Position numbers and translations under genes: made by a program | Origin: Cyanobacteria bacterium P01_A01_bin.123 | Lineage (GTDB): Bacteria; Cyanobacteriota; Cyanobacteriia; Phormidesmidales; Phormidesmidaceae | Assembly: GCA_039815185.1 (NCBI GenBank) | Contig: JBCBZT010000042.1 | Coordinates: 1 to 64,000, forward strand | DNA: 64,000 nt | Direction of reading: 5' to 3' | Part shown: positions 31,373 through 42,112 of the stretch, in pieces | How the letters are laid out: each line of letters opens with the position of its first letter | Numbering within the stretch: the first letter of the stretch is position 1 | Notes under the pieces: generated by a model | What the model was told of the DNA's origin: nothing | Seen by the model: the letters and a program-made list of their open reading frames with translations, nothing else | Databases searched by the model: none

Positions 31373-33280
31373 TTACTCTGCTTTTGGTGTCACAGGTTCG
31401 GACGCGATCGCTTCTAAAATTTCACCCTTGGTATCGGTAATTGGTTTTCCCTGAATATCCACCCGGTAGCGGATGGGGGAGAGGAAACTTTGAATACCCA
31501 AATCTCGACAGGCAATGTGCAGTTTGCTCAAACTCACATGGGGGTCAAAGGCAACGTTGGGGTCGGTGTGGAGCGTTTTTAGGTAGTTCGTAAACCCTAG
31601 GAAAGCAATGCGATAGAGCAACTGCTGGCTAAATTCACCGTCAAAATAACCGCCGTGGACGTTTCGCTTGTTGAGGGCGTAGTCTAGGGTCAGCCAAAAG
31701 TAGTCTAGGGTATTGAGAGCCGGTTTACCCTGGGCTCGAGTCAGGATGCCCTTTGCTGCGGGTAACGGTGTTTTTTCAGACGGTTTCTCCTCAGCGTCTT
31801 CTCCATAGAGTTCAGCCGGGTTGGGTCGATCAAAGTCAAATTCCACATCCTTATAGTCGGTGCAGTCGAAAAAAGTGAAGAAGTCGGCTACTGTAATGCG
31901 ATCGCCGTCGCGTTTGGCCTGATCTTGAAATAGATCGGCCAGGGTCACGTAGCGTTTTGATCCGAAGCGCTGATAGCTCAAAAACAAGGTTTCTAGCACC
32001 TTATCCGGGCTGCGAGCAATCATCTCAATCAAAGGAGTGCCTAAGACAAAGGTTTGGTCAAGCCCGTTCAAATTAACAATGCCGTATTGCCGGGAGTTGA
32101 TCGACACATTGCCCAAGCGATACCCTCGTGACTGGGTACGGCTGGGAAAGGCGATGTAGTTCACCGCTGTGGAAGCGGTTCGTAAAGCCACATCCCCTTC
32201 GCTGCTAAACAAATATGACTCTGCAAATCGCCGCAAAGACGACGACAAGAAATTGGCCCGACTGGAAATAATGGTTAGCACCGGGATGTCTGGAGAAGCC
32301 AGCAGCAATCGCTCTAGACGAAATACGGTGCCGACATCTGCAGGCGGTTGCTTATCAATCGAGCGCGCATCAAACACGTCAGATAAAATACGCACGACGT
32401 TGGTGACCACGAAGCCTCCCATGCTGTGCCCAATAAAGGAGAGCTTGACTCTGGGGGTGTCCGGGCGACACCAAAATTTCGCCGCTTGCTCCCAAGTCTC
32501 GGTGGCTTCTGGTTGCTGTTGTTCAATCTCTTTCGCTTTGAGGGCTACAAGGGTCTGGTCGATTTGCCGTAGCAGCTCCACCAAGTCTAGGACGCCGAAG
32601 TTGTTGGCTCGGTAGCGATCGCGAAAATAAACGATCAGCCGTAGGACAACTAATGCCATCATCATTGTTCCTAACAAGATGATTAAAACCACTAACGCTC
32701 CTAGCAGGAGTCCTAGCGGTGTTCCGCCAAAGGTAATGAACCTGAAGATGATGGCAACAATACCACCAATGCCCCCCGCAATCAGCACATCCCGAGGTAG
32801 GGGTGGCAGCGCTGCGAATGCTTCCCAAAGGCGTTGGAGTTGAATATTTTCAGAGGGCCAGCGGTAGCCAATGAAGACTTGATTAGCCGCTCGGGCGATC
32901 GCGGGGTCATGGCGATTGATATAGCGAAAAATATCCTTATACCAGCCCTGCACTGAACGACGGCTGGTGTTGTAGCCATGAACTGTAATCACAAGTTCAG
33001 GCGCAGTTGTTCCCCCTTGATGGATGCGATAAAGATGGGCGGCGATTTCAGCAATACCCTGAGCGGCATGGCGCATATCGTCGGGCTCAGCTTCTTTAGC
33101 CTCTTCGATATTGGGGGGTGCACTGCTCATCACAAAGTAGCCAGGGATAGCTGCTTGGGCCTCAGGATAGGCCTCCATATCGACGAGCTGCACTAGATTG
33201 TCATCTTGAAACTCATTAGCCTGCACCGCTGGATCATCGCGGAAGATAAATTTTTGAATGATAAACGGCAGCGCTTTCAT
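31373..33280 (-). CDS. Alpha/beta hydrolase (DUF900-like) with inserted TM hairpin
   Basis: VHGYN, GYRWPS, IGHSMGG nucleophile elbow, LLLASPD, HGGYF. Confidence 0.75.
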   Translation of the reverse strand: MKALPFIIQKFIFRDDPAVQANEFQDDNLVQLVDMEAYPEAQAAIPGYFVMSSAPPNIEEAKEAEPDDMRHAAQGIAEIAAHLYRIHQGGTTAPELVITVHGYNTSRRSVQGWYKDIFRYINRHDPAIARAANQVFIGYRWPSENIQLQRLWEAFAALPPLPRDVLIAGGIGGIVAIIFRFITFGGTPLGLLLGALVVLIILLGTMMMALVVLRLIVYFRDRYRANNFGVLDLVELLRQIDQTLVALKAKEIEQQQPEATETWEQAAKFWCRPDTPRVKLSFIGHSMGGFVVTNVVRILSDVFDARSIDKQPPADVGTVFRLERLLLASPDIPVLTIISSRANFLSSSLRRFAESYLFSSEGDVALRTASTAVNYIAFPSRTQSRGYRLGNVSINSRQYGIVNLNGLDQTFVLGTPLIEMIARSPDKVLETLFLSYQRFGSKRYVTLADLFQDQAKRDGDRITVADFFTFFDCTDYKDVEFDFDRPNPAELYGEDAEEKPSEKTPLPAAKGILTRAQGKPALNTLDYFWLTLDYALNKRNVHGGYFDGEFSQQLLYRIAFLGFTNYLKTLHTDPNVAFDPHVSLSKLHIACRDLGIQSFLSPIRYRVDIQGKPITDTKGEILEAIASEPVTPKAE

Positions 33281-33370
33281 AGATCAGACCCCTGACGGAA
33301 CTTCCAGCCTAGCTGAGAGTCAGTGCTGATACCTGTCCCGTTCATGAAATGTAGAACCTGGGGAGCCTGG

Positions 33371-33386
33371 GTGGGGGAAACCGAAC
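33371..33386 (-). promoter_or_regulatory. K-box-like heat-shock regulatory motif upstream of htpG
   Basis: Reverse complement GTTCGG-TTTC-CCCCAC fits the recalled GTTCGG-N4-CCNNAC pattern, about 95 bp before htpG. Confidence 0.5.
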
Positions 33387-33479
33387 TTGGCTTAGAGAAC
33401 TTTTGCCTATTGTGGGGAATGGGGAATTGGCTCCAAAATTGGATCACTCGAACACTTCATGTAACTCCGGGCAAAGGCT

Positions 33480-35471
33480 ATGACAACGATTCTGGAACAG
33501 GGAAATATTAGTATCCATACCGAGAATATTTTCCCCATCATCAAGAAATGGCTCTATTCTGATCACGAAATTTTTCTACGGGAACTCGTATCGAATGCGG
33601 TCGATGCAATTAAAAAGCTTTCGATGGTGGCCCGTTCTGGAGAATTTTCTGGAGATATTAACACTCCTGAAATCCACATCAAAATTGACAAAGACGCTAA
33701 GCAACTCAGCATCTCCGACAACGGCATTGGCATGACTGCTGAAGAGGTCAAGCAGTACATCAATCAAGTGGCTTTCTCCAGTGCCGAAGAGTTTGTCTCT
33801 AAATATAAAGACAGCACTGATGATCAAATCATTGGTCACTTTGGTCTGGGTTTTTACTCTTCGTTTATGGTGGCGAGCAGAGTTGAAATCGACACACTGT
33901 CTTATAAACCAGACGCCACAGCCGTACATTGGTCCTGCGATGGGTCTACTTCATTTGAGTTGTCTGATTCAGAACGCGACAGCATCGGCACCACCATTAC
34001 CCTCACCCTAATGGATGAGGAAGAAGAATATCTGGAAGAGGCTCGCATCCGTCAATTGATTCGCACCTATTGCGATTTCATGCCGGTCTCGATCTTCCTG
34101 GGTGAAGAGCAAATCAATAAAAAAGATGCCCTGTGGAAGCAGTCTCCTAGCAGCCTTACCGACGAAGATTACTTGGAGTTCTACCGCTACCTCTACCCCT
34201 TCCAGGAAGAGCCATTGCTTTGGGTACACCTGAATACCGACTATCCTTTTGTAGTCAACGGCATTCTCTACTTCCCCAAGCTAAAGCCGGATGTGGATGT
34301 CACCAAGAGCCAAATCAAGCTGTTTTGCAACCAGGTTTTTGTTAGCGATAACTGTGAGGAAGTGATTCCCCGGTTCTTGATGCCGCTGCGGGGCGTGATT
34401 GACAGCCTTGATATTCCCCTGAACGTGTCTCGCAGCTTCTTGCAGGCTGACCGCACGGTGCGGCGAATTGCCGACTACATTGCGAAAAAAGTGGGCGATC
34501 GCTTGAAAGAGCTTTACCGCAGCGATCGCAGCAAATACATCACCTCTTGGCAAGACCTCGGCACCTTTGTTAAATTTGGCTCCCTCAACGACGATAAATT
34601 CAAAAAGCAAGTGGAAGATATCTTAATCTTCCGCACCACCGCCAAACTGGGTGCAGCTCCTGAAGAAGCCCCCAAGGTGGAAGTCCAGCAAGACGGCGAC
34701 GATGCCTGGGAAGATGTCAGCAGTGATAAACCCGAAAACGCCACTGACGACAAGGGCAATTTCTACACCACGCTCAAAGAGTACCTAGAGCGCAACAAAG
34801 ACCGTCACGAAAACCGTGTTTTTTATACCAACGATGAGGTTTCCCAAGCCACCTACATCAACCTGCACAAACAGCAGGGGTTAGAAGTGTTGTTTATGGA
34901 TTCTTTCATCGACACCCACTTCGTCAGCTTTTTGGAACGGGAATATTCCGATGTGAAGTTCTCGCGGGTGGATGCTGAAATGGACGAGACGCTGATTGAC
35001 AGCGATAAGTCCAGTGAGATCGTTGATCCGACCACGAATAAGACGCGCAGCGAACAGATTAAGGAACTGTTTGAGCAAGCCTTGAACAAGCCCAAGCTAA
35101 CGATCCGCACTGAATCCTTGAAGGGTGATGATCCGCAAGGGACACCCCCAGCTATGGTGCTGCTGCCCGAATCTATGCGTCGTTTACAAGAAATGACAGC
35201 CATGATGCAGCAGCAGGCGGCTGAATTCCCTGAAGAGCACATCTTGATGGTGAATACCGCTCATCCGATGATTCAAAATCTGGCAAATATGGCTCAAAGC
35301 ACCATCGTTTCGGCGAGTGGTGAAGCTTCACCCAGTGGGGAAATGGCAAAGCTGATTTGTCAGCAGGTTTATGATTTGGCGTTGATGGCTCAAAAGGGCT
35401 TTGATGCTAACGGCATGACCTCTTTTGTAGATCGCTCGAACGTTTTGCTGACAAAGCTGACAGAGCGTTAG
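33480..35471 (+). CDS. htpG: Molecular chaperone HtpG (Hsp90)
   Basis: IFLRELVSNAVDA, DNGIGMT, IGHFGLGFYSSF, DIPLNVSRS. Confidence 0.97.
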   Translation: MTTILEQGNISIHTENIFPIIKKWLYSDHEIFLRELVSNAVDAIKKLSMVARSGEFSGDINTPEIHIKIDKDAKQLSISDNGIGMTAEEVKQYINQVAFSSAEEFVSKYKDSTDDQIIGHFGLGFYSSFMVASRVEIDTLSYKPDATAVHWSCDGSTSFELSDSERDSIGTTITLTLMDEEEEYLEEARIRQLIRTYCDFMPVSIFLGEEQINKKDALWKQSPSSLTDEDYLEFYRYLYPFQEEPLLWVHLNTDYPFVVNGILYFPKLKPDVDVTKSQIKLFCNQVFVSDNCEEVIPRFLMPLRGVIDSLDIPLNVSRSFLQADRTVRRIADYIAKKVGDRLKELYRSDRSKYITSWQDLGTFVKFGSLNDDKFKKQVEDILIFRTTAKLGAAPEEAPKVEVQQDGDDAWEDVSSDKPENATDDKGNFYTTLKEYLERNKDRHENRVFYTNDEVSQATYINLHKQQGLEVLFMDSFIDTHFVSFLEREYSDVKFSRVDAEMDETLIDSDKSSEIVDPTTNKTRSEQIKELFEQALNKPKLTIRTESLKGDDPQGTPPAMVLLPESMRRLQEMTAMMQQQAAEFPEEHILMVNTAHPMIQNLANMAQSTIVSASGEASPSGEMAKLICQQVYDLALMAQKGFDANGMTSFVDRSNVLLTKLTER

Positions 35472-35493
35472 GGCAAGCGGCTACGCTTTGAAC

Positions 35494-35556
35494 AACCGGG
35501 TTTCTTCTGTTGGATATTCACATCTTTTTGAATGTCTGAAAAGAAACTCGGTTTTT
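35494..35556 (+). terminator. Long hairpin after htpG (probable terminator/repeat)
   Basis: AACCGGGTTTCTT...AAGAAACTCGGTT followed by a T run. Confidence 0.55.
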
Positions 35557-35634
35557 GAATTTTATTGAATCATCCCCACCAACGATTGAGAGGCGTAACG
35601 GCTTTGATCTCACTGGCGGCGGACAGCTTGTTGG

Positions 35635-36354
35635 ATCAAGCTGCATGACTGGGTTCAAGACACCCAAGCTAAGGTTGCCGTCATTTTCGAGGGACGAGAC
35701 TCAGCCGGAAAGGGTGGGGTGATTAAACGAATTACCCAGCGTCTGAACCCTCGTGTTTGTCGTGTTGTGGCTTTGCCTAAGCCGACTGAGCGTGAAAAAA
35801 CCCAGTGGTACTTTCAGCGCTACGTTCCACACCTTCCCTCCGGTGGAGAAATGGTGTTGTTCGATCGCTCTTGGTATAACCGCGCTGGCGTAGAACGTGT
35901 CATGGGCTTTGCCACCCCTGAGCAGGTGGAAGATTTTTTCCGTGATGTTACTGAATTCGAAAGGATGCTAGTGTGCTCTGGCGTCATCCTCATCAAGTAT
36001 TGGTTCTCTATTGCACATGATGAGCAGCAACTGCGCTTTTTAATGCGCATTCATGATCCACTGAAACAGTGGAAGTTGAGCCCTATGGATTTACAGTCTC
36101 GAGTTCGCTGGGAAGACTACACTGCGGCAAAGGAGGAGATGTTTGCCCGGACGAATATTCCTGAGGCTCCTTGGTGGGTTGTGCCAGCAAATGACAAGAA
36201 GCGAGCACGTCTAAACTGCATTCAGCATCTGCTAACCCAGGTTCCGTACACTGAAGTACCTCATGAAACGATCCAGCTCCCTAAGCGGCTGTTCAACACA
36301 GACTATGAGCGCCATACGCTGCCGGAAGAGCTATATATTCCTCAGGTCTTTTAG
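35635..36354 (+). pseudogene. ppk2: 5'-truncated polyphosphate kinase 2
   Basis: In-frame IKLHDWV...IFEGRDSAGKGG lies upstream of the first GTG (35719); TGA at 35605 and no ATG/GTG/TTG in between; FDRSWYNR and WKLSPMD present. Confidence 0.75.
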
Positions 36355-36426
36355 TCGCTTCTGCCAAAGCTCACCTGAGCTATCGTCTATTGTCTGATTC
36401 AACCCTTCTGTTCCCGACCGATTTTT

Positions 36427-37185
36427 TCAGTCTGCTCTAACCTGATCGTTATGCTGCGCTTGATATAACGCCAATGCGAAACCCGCACGTTCACTCAAAC
36501 CGTGTGGCCTGTACCCCAGCGAATGAGCAGCTTGATCGCCAAACAAGCACGCCATGATTGCCGGGTAATCTTGCGTAAAGAGATGGGGTGAGATGACCTT
36601 GCAGGTGTAAGCAATATCATCTTCATCAAGCGTGGGTTGTTGACAACCTGCCATTGCCATTGCGTATCCTTCTTGATTCAACATTTCTTGCAATGTACGC
36701 GCAAACCCGTGCCGTTGAATGTATGTCACACGATACAAAGTGATTAACGTTTCTTCCCGTACTTTTTGGACGGATGGAACTTCACTCGTCCATAGAATCA
36801 CGGCCAACCATCCCCGTTTGAGATGGTTTTGTATTTCAAAGCGGCTGCTAAATTCACTGGTATAACGATTTGTCCATCCTCCCATTTGATCGTCAGCAAT
36901 GACCAATCCTAGTTTGCATACCATGGCCACATCATCGAACTGGTTTAAAGTCTCTGCGATCGCCAAAGATGCTATAGCTTCTGCATTCATAGCAAGTAGG
37001 GTATCAAGCATTGCGGGTATGTGAGCTTGGCCCATTGGGTTCATTGTGGCCATTGGAAGTAACTCAACATCCGAAGCATCAGCATTGAGCATTGTTTCGA
37101 GATAAATACGAAAGCGCTCCTGTCCTCGTGGCGTGTTGTAGAGATTACGCTGGAGTTGCAGTAATGGCACAAATTCAATCTTCAT
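36427..37185 (-). CDS. Hypothetical protein
   Basis: 252-aa ORF; NPMG, GGWTNRY, CLFGD motifs; function not recognised. Confidence 0.7.
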   Translation of the reverse strand: MKIEFVPLLQLQRNLYNTPRGQERFRIYLETMLNADASDVELLPMATMNPMGQAHIPAMLDTLLAMNAEAIASLAIAETLNQFDDVAMVCKLGLVIADDQMGGWTNRYTSEFSSRFEIQNHLKRGWLAVILWTSEVPSVQKVREETLITLYRVTYIQRHGFARTLQEMLNQEGYAMAMAGCQQPTLDEDDIAYTCKVISPHLFTQDYPAIMACLFGDQAAHSLGYRPHGLSERAGFALALYQAQHNDQVRAD

Positions 37186-37538
37186 AACACAACTGTAATG
37201 CCCCTATTCATAGGACTTATAGTCAATATTTGACACATTATTCCTGAAAAGGAAGAAATAGTTGGTTATTTTTGACAGTTCAAGGATGGAAAGCGAGGTG
37301 TTATTTGTCACATACGTTTAGTAGATCAGCATTGATCCAGGGGAGTTATCTGTATGTCCCATGGCATATTCAAACTGCCTTGTTTAAGGGAGTTGCTTGC
37401 CGCTAAACGATCTAAAGACAGCCAATAGAGGTAGCTAATTTCATCAATATTTCTGTCAGTTTGTTAAGACTTAGTATCATTATCCGGTTTTTCTGTTTCC
37501 ATAGAAAGGCCTGTCGTGACGCTTTTGGATAAGTCATT

Positions 37539-38147
37539 ATGCTCTCAGAGACAGAACTTTTGGAAGCCTTTGTTGAAGCTTCTATCCGTGGTCAGGATAC
37601 CCTCCTCGCAAACAAGCAGTTCATAGCTGAAAGTCGATTTGGGATCAACCATCTGATCAGCAAAAAATCGGGACTGGTGGTCAAAGTCAACGTGAAGGAG
37701 CAGCCCGTGCAGTTTTGGATCCGTCACGATGCACCTAACCGTGAGCAACTTGATGAGCTACTAAAACAGCAACAGTTTTTAACCACTGGCACACAAAGTG
37801 ACGACGGCTTTTGCGGGTATCAATACTTCCCTGCGAAGCAAGGGTATGACCTCCACTGCCAATCTGCTCGTGTCCTTTGGAGAAATTGGCGGACCCTCTA
37901 CCGGATGCATGAAAATATGGCCCAGGCGCAAAAGCTGCTGATCAAGGGTGGGCACGATTGGGAACAGATCAAAAAAATTACAGTGGCTAACAATGTGATG
38001 TTCATTGAGACGCCAGATGGAGAGACCACGAGTCACATGGATGATGCGATCGCCTGGTTGAGTGAGGTGCCGCCTGCGCGACCAACGCAGCCAACTGAGG
38101 CTACGGCAGACTCCGGTGGGTTTCCTGCAGATGGATTTATAGACTAA
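37539..38147 (+). CDS. Hypothetical protein
   Basis: 202-aa ORF with host-like codon usage. Confidence 0.65.
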   Translation: MLSETELLEAFVEASIRGQDTLLANKQFIAESRFGINHLISKKSGLVVKVNVKEQPVQFWIRHDAPNREQLDELLKQQQFLTTGTQSDDGFCGYQYFPAKQGYDLHCQSARVLWRNWRTLYRMHENMAQAQKLLIKGGHDWEQIKKITVANNVMFIETPDGETTSHMDDAIAWLSEVPPARPTQPTEATADSGGFPADGFID

Positions 38148-38213
38148 GGTTGGCAGATCTGCGATCGCGTTGGGGTAACCTGACGCGATCGCGTCCTATC
38201 TCTGAGCAAAAGC

Positions 38214-38852
38214 CTAGCAAGAATCTTCTACCGCCGACTTGGCAAGGGATTCTGGCGCGTCGGGGGTATTGAGGAAGGTGTAGCTGGTAACCGAAAACCA
38301 GCCAAACATAATCAATACCGTAATCCGTTGACCCAAGCCCATTTGGCCCTGTTCAATCAACCAGCGAAAGATTGGAATAGAGGCCAGCAACCCGACAAAA
38401 GCAACCCCATTAAAGATCGTCAACTTCAAAAAAACCGGTTTCTTCCAGACTGCAATCGAGATTAAAACCGGCATCAAAAATATCAAACGCGCCAGGCCAA
38501 ACCCACCATGCCTAGGATCTGGTAGCGGGAAGATGGCGCTAGTCATAAACCCAATACCAATGGCTGCAACCGCCATAGCGATCGCAACCGACAAAAACCG
38601 ATGACCAGAAACCGTTTTGACGACCGCAAAAAAGCCCAGAGACGACAGCACAAACAAAGCCCCCACCGTGCCCAGCAAAAGACTAAATGCCTGATGATAA
38701 GGGGCTTCTAACCTACCTAGATCACTCACCACATTAGCAATGTGACTATATTGCGGCGTCAACCACCCCAGCACAATAACGGTGATGACGTAGAGGGCGA
38801 TCGCCAATAGATTAGCCCACAGGAATGATCGAAGCGTCAACATTGAATTCAT
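38214..38852 (-). CDS. DUF998-family membrane protein
   Basis: PQYSHIANVVSDLG, FPLPDPRHG, GLGQR; several TM helices. Confidence 0.75.
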   Translation of the reverse strand: MNSMLTLRSFLWANLLAIALYVITVIVLGWLTPQYSHIANVVSDLGRLEAPYHQAFSLLLGTVGALFVLSSLGFFAVVKTVSGHRFLSVAIAMAVAAIGIGFMTSAIFPLPDPRHGGFGLARLIFLMPVLISIAVWKKPVFLKLTIFNGVAFVGLLASIPIFRWLIEQGQMGLGQRITVLIMFGWFSVTSYTFLNTPDAPESLAKSAVEDSC

Positions 38853-38876
38853 ATCCCTGAAAATATCGGTCTTGAG

Positions 38877-39113
38877 TCAAGCCGCCTGATGAATAGGCGT
38901 ACCTGCCCGCTGAGCCGTTATCACATCTCCCACTGCTGTAATCGCAGCCTCAGGGTGAGAGAACTTGCCATTGACTTCAACTAGGGTGCCTGGCGGTGGG
39001 AATGCTTGGGCTGCACTGTGTCGAAACCATTGCTCATACCCCAACCCCGTCAGCAAAGCTAAGAGCAGAATACCGACCACACCCAGCGCAATGCGCCTGA
39101 TCCACTTCAGCAT
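38877..39113 (-). pseudogene. Alpha/beta hydrolase remnant with internal deletion
   Basis: TM-GYEQ...FPPPGTLVEVNG N-terminus joined directly to a C-terminal HPEAAITAVGDVI helix. Confidence 0.55.
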
Positions 39114-39315
39114 AAAGAACGATTCATCACACCCCGTTGCTAGACGGCAGCGACAGATTTTTTTGTTCCAGTGGGACAGAATATCTGCTAAGGCTGAGCT
39201 GGACAGTCGGCGTTTGATTTAGCAGATAGGGTGGGGCCAAATCACTTTGGCCCCCGAGTGGCCCATCAAGCTGTGTGGCAACTGCTATACTCCAGCACGC
39301 TCGACCACCGATCCA

Positions 39316-39552
39316 CTAGAGCTTTGCATGGCTACCATCGCAAAAGGGTGGATTTTGTGTGACTTTGCATTGACATAGGGCGACCTGCTGCTTTTCCTCT
39401 AGCGTAAATTTAAGGGGTGTAAAGTCAGTGCCCTTATGGGCACCATCGCAAAAGGGCTGATTCGCCGAGTTGCCACAGCTACACCAGAAATAATTGCCTG
39501 CTTCTAGCTCCATAACCGCAGGTTTTGTATCTGCAATATTGGGTTGAGACAT
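39316..39552 (-). CDS. CDGSH iron-sulfur (NEET/MiNT-type) protein
   Basis: WCSCGNSANQPFCDGAH and CQCKVTQNPPFCDGSH. Confidence 0.93.
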   Translation of the reverse strand: MSQPNIADTKPAVMELEAGNYFWCSCGNSANQPFCDGAHKGTDFTPLKFTLEEKQQVALCQCKVTQNPPFCDGSHAKL

Positions 39553-39687
39553 TTTGTTTCCTCTCGTGTACCAGTCAAGTGAATAAGTTGAGTCGATTCG
39601 TTGGGCAATTTGCCCTCAACAATCTATCTCTGACAATCTAAAGTCCAGCCAGCACGCGCTAAACTGCCTCAAGTCAGAAATAAACCG

Positions 39688-39727
39688 ATTAAGGCGGCTG
39701 ATTTCTCAGGAAATCAGCCGCCTTAAT
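39688..39727 (-). terminator. Hairpin downstream of the pirin gene
   Basis: ATTAAGGCGGCTGATTTC-tcag-GAAATCAGCCGCCTTAAT, perfect 18-bp stem. Confidence 0.7.
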
Positions 39728-39731
39728 GTCA

Positions 39732-40436
39732 TTAAGCTGCCATGTCGAACAGCAACACTTCGGCATCGTCAGAAGTGCCTTGGAGGGTCAGGCTAGCTTC
39801 TGCTGAAATCGCAGCCCCATCCCCTGCCGCTAGGGGTTGACCGTTGAGCGTGACTGCGCCTCGGGCCACATGGAGCCATGCGGCGCGATCGCCTGCAAGA
39901 TCATGGCTCACTGTTTCACCATTAGCTAACCGGGCCGCATACAAATTCATGTCTTGGTGAATCGTCACGGATCCCTCACGGCCATCACGAGAACCCACCA
40001 GTCGCAGCTGATTTTGCTTATCTTCAGTGCCAAAGTAGGTTTGCTCGTAGCCGGGGGCTAATCCTTTGGTGTCAGGGATGATCCAGATTTGCAGAAAATG
40101 CACGGGGTCTGTGTTGGAGGCATTGAATTCACTGTGTAGAATTCCGGTTCCCGCAGACATCCGCTGCACATCTCCAGGACGAATCACCGAGCCGTTGCCG
40201 ATGTTGTCTTTGTGCTCCAAAGAACCGTCGAGAACATAGGTGACGATTTCCATATCTCGATGTCCATGGGTGCCAAAGCCCTGAGCAGGGGTGACCTTGT
40301 CTTCATTAATCACTCGCAGGCTCGCAAAACCCATATGCTGCGGATCGTAATAGTTGCCGAAGGAAAAGCTGTGGCGAGAATCCAACCAGCCAAAGTTAGC
40401 TGCACCACGGTCATTTGCCGGACGAATCGTAATCAT
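39732..40436 (-). CDS. Pirin-family protein (YhhW-like)
   Basis: [43 protein letters not shown]. Confidence 0.94.
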   Translation of the reverse strand: MITIRPANDRGAANFGWLDSRHSFSFGNYYDPQHMGFASLRVINEDKVTPAQGFGTHGHRDMEIVTYVLDGSLEHKDNIGNGSVIRPGDVQRMSAGTGILHSEFNASNTDPVHFLQIWIIPDTKGLAPGYEQTYFGTEDKQNQLRLVGSRDGREGSVTIHQDMNLYAARLANGETVSHDLAGDRAAWLHVARGAVTLNGQPLAAGDGAAISAEASLTLQGTSDDAEVLLFDMAA

Positions 40437-40536
40437 GGTGTCACTCCTTGCAGCGGTGATAGAGTAGCGAACCGCTTGCTGATGAATCTATTATGGATTG
40501 ATTCCATAAAAAAGACAATATTCAATTTTATAGACG

Positions 40537-40561
40537 TATTGTATCTCTAAAGGATACAATA
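40537..40561. promoter_or_regulatory. Probable LysR operator between pirin and LysR genes
   Basis: TATTGTATC-N7-GATACAATA dyad containing T-N11-A. Confidence 0.6.
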
Positions 40562-40676
40562 GTGATGCCCATTCACCCCATCCTCTGAATTTTGGATTTT
40601 GGAATTTTGGCTTGCAGAAATTCTCCCTGCATCTCCGCTCTCGCCTCACCCTCTGACTGCAATTGCATTTGAGCTT

Positions 40677-41600
40677 ATGGACAAATTTGAAAGCATTCGC
40701 GCCTTTGCCCAGGTGGTCGATTCTGGAGGATTTGCGGCAGCAGCCCGAGTCATGGGACTGTCAAGGTCTGCGGTGAATAAGCTGGTGATGAATCTAGAAG
40801 ACGATCTCAAGGTTCAGCTCTTACACCGCACCACCCGCAAAGTCACACCCACTGAGACTGGCCTAGCCTTTTATGATCGATGTTTAGCCATTTTGGCTGA
40901 CCTGGCCGAAGCTGAACAAGCTGCCTCGCAGTTGCAAACTGAACCTAAAGGCCGTCTGCGGATCAACGCACCTATGACCTTTGGTACGTTACATTTGGCC
41001 CCCGCAGTGGCCGATTTTTTGACCCAATATCCCGATTTGCAAATTGAGTTAGCCCTGAGCGATCGCTTTATCGATCCGATTGAAGAAGGCTTTGACCTCA
41101 CCGTTCGAATTGCCGTACCCCCCGATTCGGCTAGTTTGATTGTGCATCGCCTAGTGACCGCGAACCGTGTCATGTGTGCTTCTCCTGCCTATTTAGAAAG
41201 ACACGGTATTCCCCAACACCCCAACGATCTCAAGCAACAATCTTGCCTGCACTATGGCTATCTCTCCAGCCAAAATCAGTGGCGGTTAACTGGGCCAGGG
41301 GGTGAAATCTATCCTGTAACTGTGCAGGGTGTGCTGTGTTCAAACAATGGTGAAGTGCTGCGAGATGCCGCCCTGAAAGGGTTGGGCATTATCTTAGTGC
41401 CGACATTTATCGTGGGGCAAGACCTGAAACAAGGAACCTTACAGGCCATCTTGGCCGATTATCCCCCGGTAGAGATTGCGGTATACGTCCTGTATCCCGT
41501 CAATCGCCACCTATCGACGAAAGTGCAGCTGTTGACTGAGTTTTTGAGCGATCGCTTTGGTGGGTGTCCGGATTGGGATTTAGGGATAGAGAATTTATGA
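40677..41600 (+). CDS. LysR-family regulator (CrgA-like)
   Basis: FAQVVDSGGFAAAARVMGLSRSAV, LLHRTTRKV, IEEGFDL; divergent from pirin. Confidence 0.93.
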   Translation: MDKFESIRAFAQVVDSGGFAAAARVMGLSRSAVNKLVMNLEDDLKVQLLHRTTRKVTPTETGLAFYDRCLAILADLAEAEQAASQLQTEPKGRLRINAPMTFGTLHLAPAVADFLTQYPDLQIELALSDRFIDPIEEGFDLTVRIAVPPDSASLIVHRLVTANRVMCASPAYLERHGIPQHPNDLKQQSCLHYGYLSSQNQWRLTGPGGEIYPVTVQGVLCSNNGEVLRDAALKGLGIILVPTFIVGQDLKQGTLQAILADYPPVEIAVYVLYPVNRHLSTKVQLLTEFLSDRFGGCPDWDLGIENL

Positions 41601-41645
41601 TTGAGACAATCTCAACCCAAAATAAACGAGGTGCAGGCGGCCAGT

Positions 41646-42050
41646 ATGATTTTTCAGCCATCCAGGGATAGGAACTCGCAGCAGATCGAAACGGGTTTGA
41701 AAGCAACGCTCATGGCCCTCGAAGCAGATTTTTGGCAAGCCAGTTCTGATGGCGATGCGTATACCATAGCCAGCCTTTTGACTGATGATGCTTGCCTGGT
41801 TGGTAACTTTGGCACCTTAGACAAAAACGCGACGGTTGAGATCAATCGTCAAGGTCAAGGAGGTTTTGTTTTCTGGCGGGTCGAAGGGGAGTCTCAACTG
41901 GTGCAGCTGACACCAGAGAGCGCTGTGGTCTACTACAAAGCCACTGCCCAAAGACCCAAACAAGAGCCATTTACCATCTTGATGAGCAGTACTTACACGT
42001 TGCGCTACGGCCAATGGCAGCTAACATTTCACCACCAAACGCTGCTGTAG
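41646..42050 (+). CDS. NTF2-like/DUF4440 protein
   Basis: LEADFWQA, LLTDD, SSTY...WQLTFHHQT; start approximate. Confidence 0.75.
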   Translation: MIFQPSRDRNSQQIETGLKATLMALEADFWQASSDGDAYTIASLLTDDACLVGNFGTLDKNATVEINRQGQGGFVFWRVEGESQLVQLTPESAVVYYKATAQRPKQEPFTILMSSTYTLRYGQWQLTFHHQTLL

Positions 42051-42112
42051 ATTGGTCGTCAGGGGTAAGGAGCTCAGACTAATTTTCCCCATTCAGCTTC
42101 AACTGACGCAAA

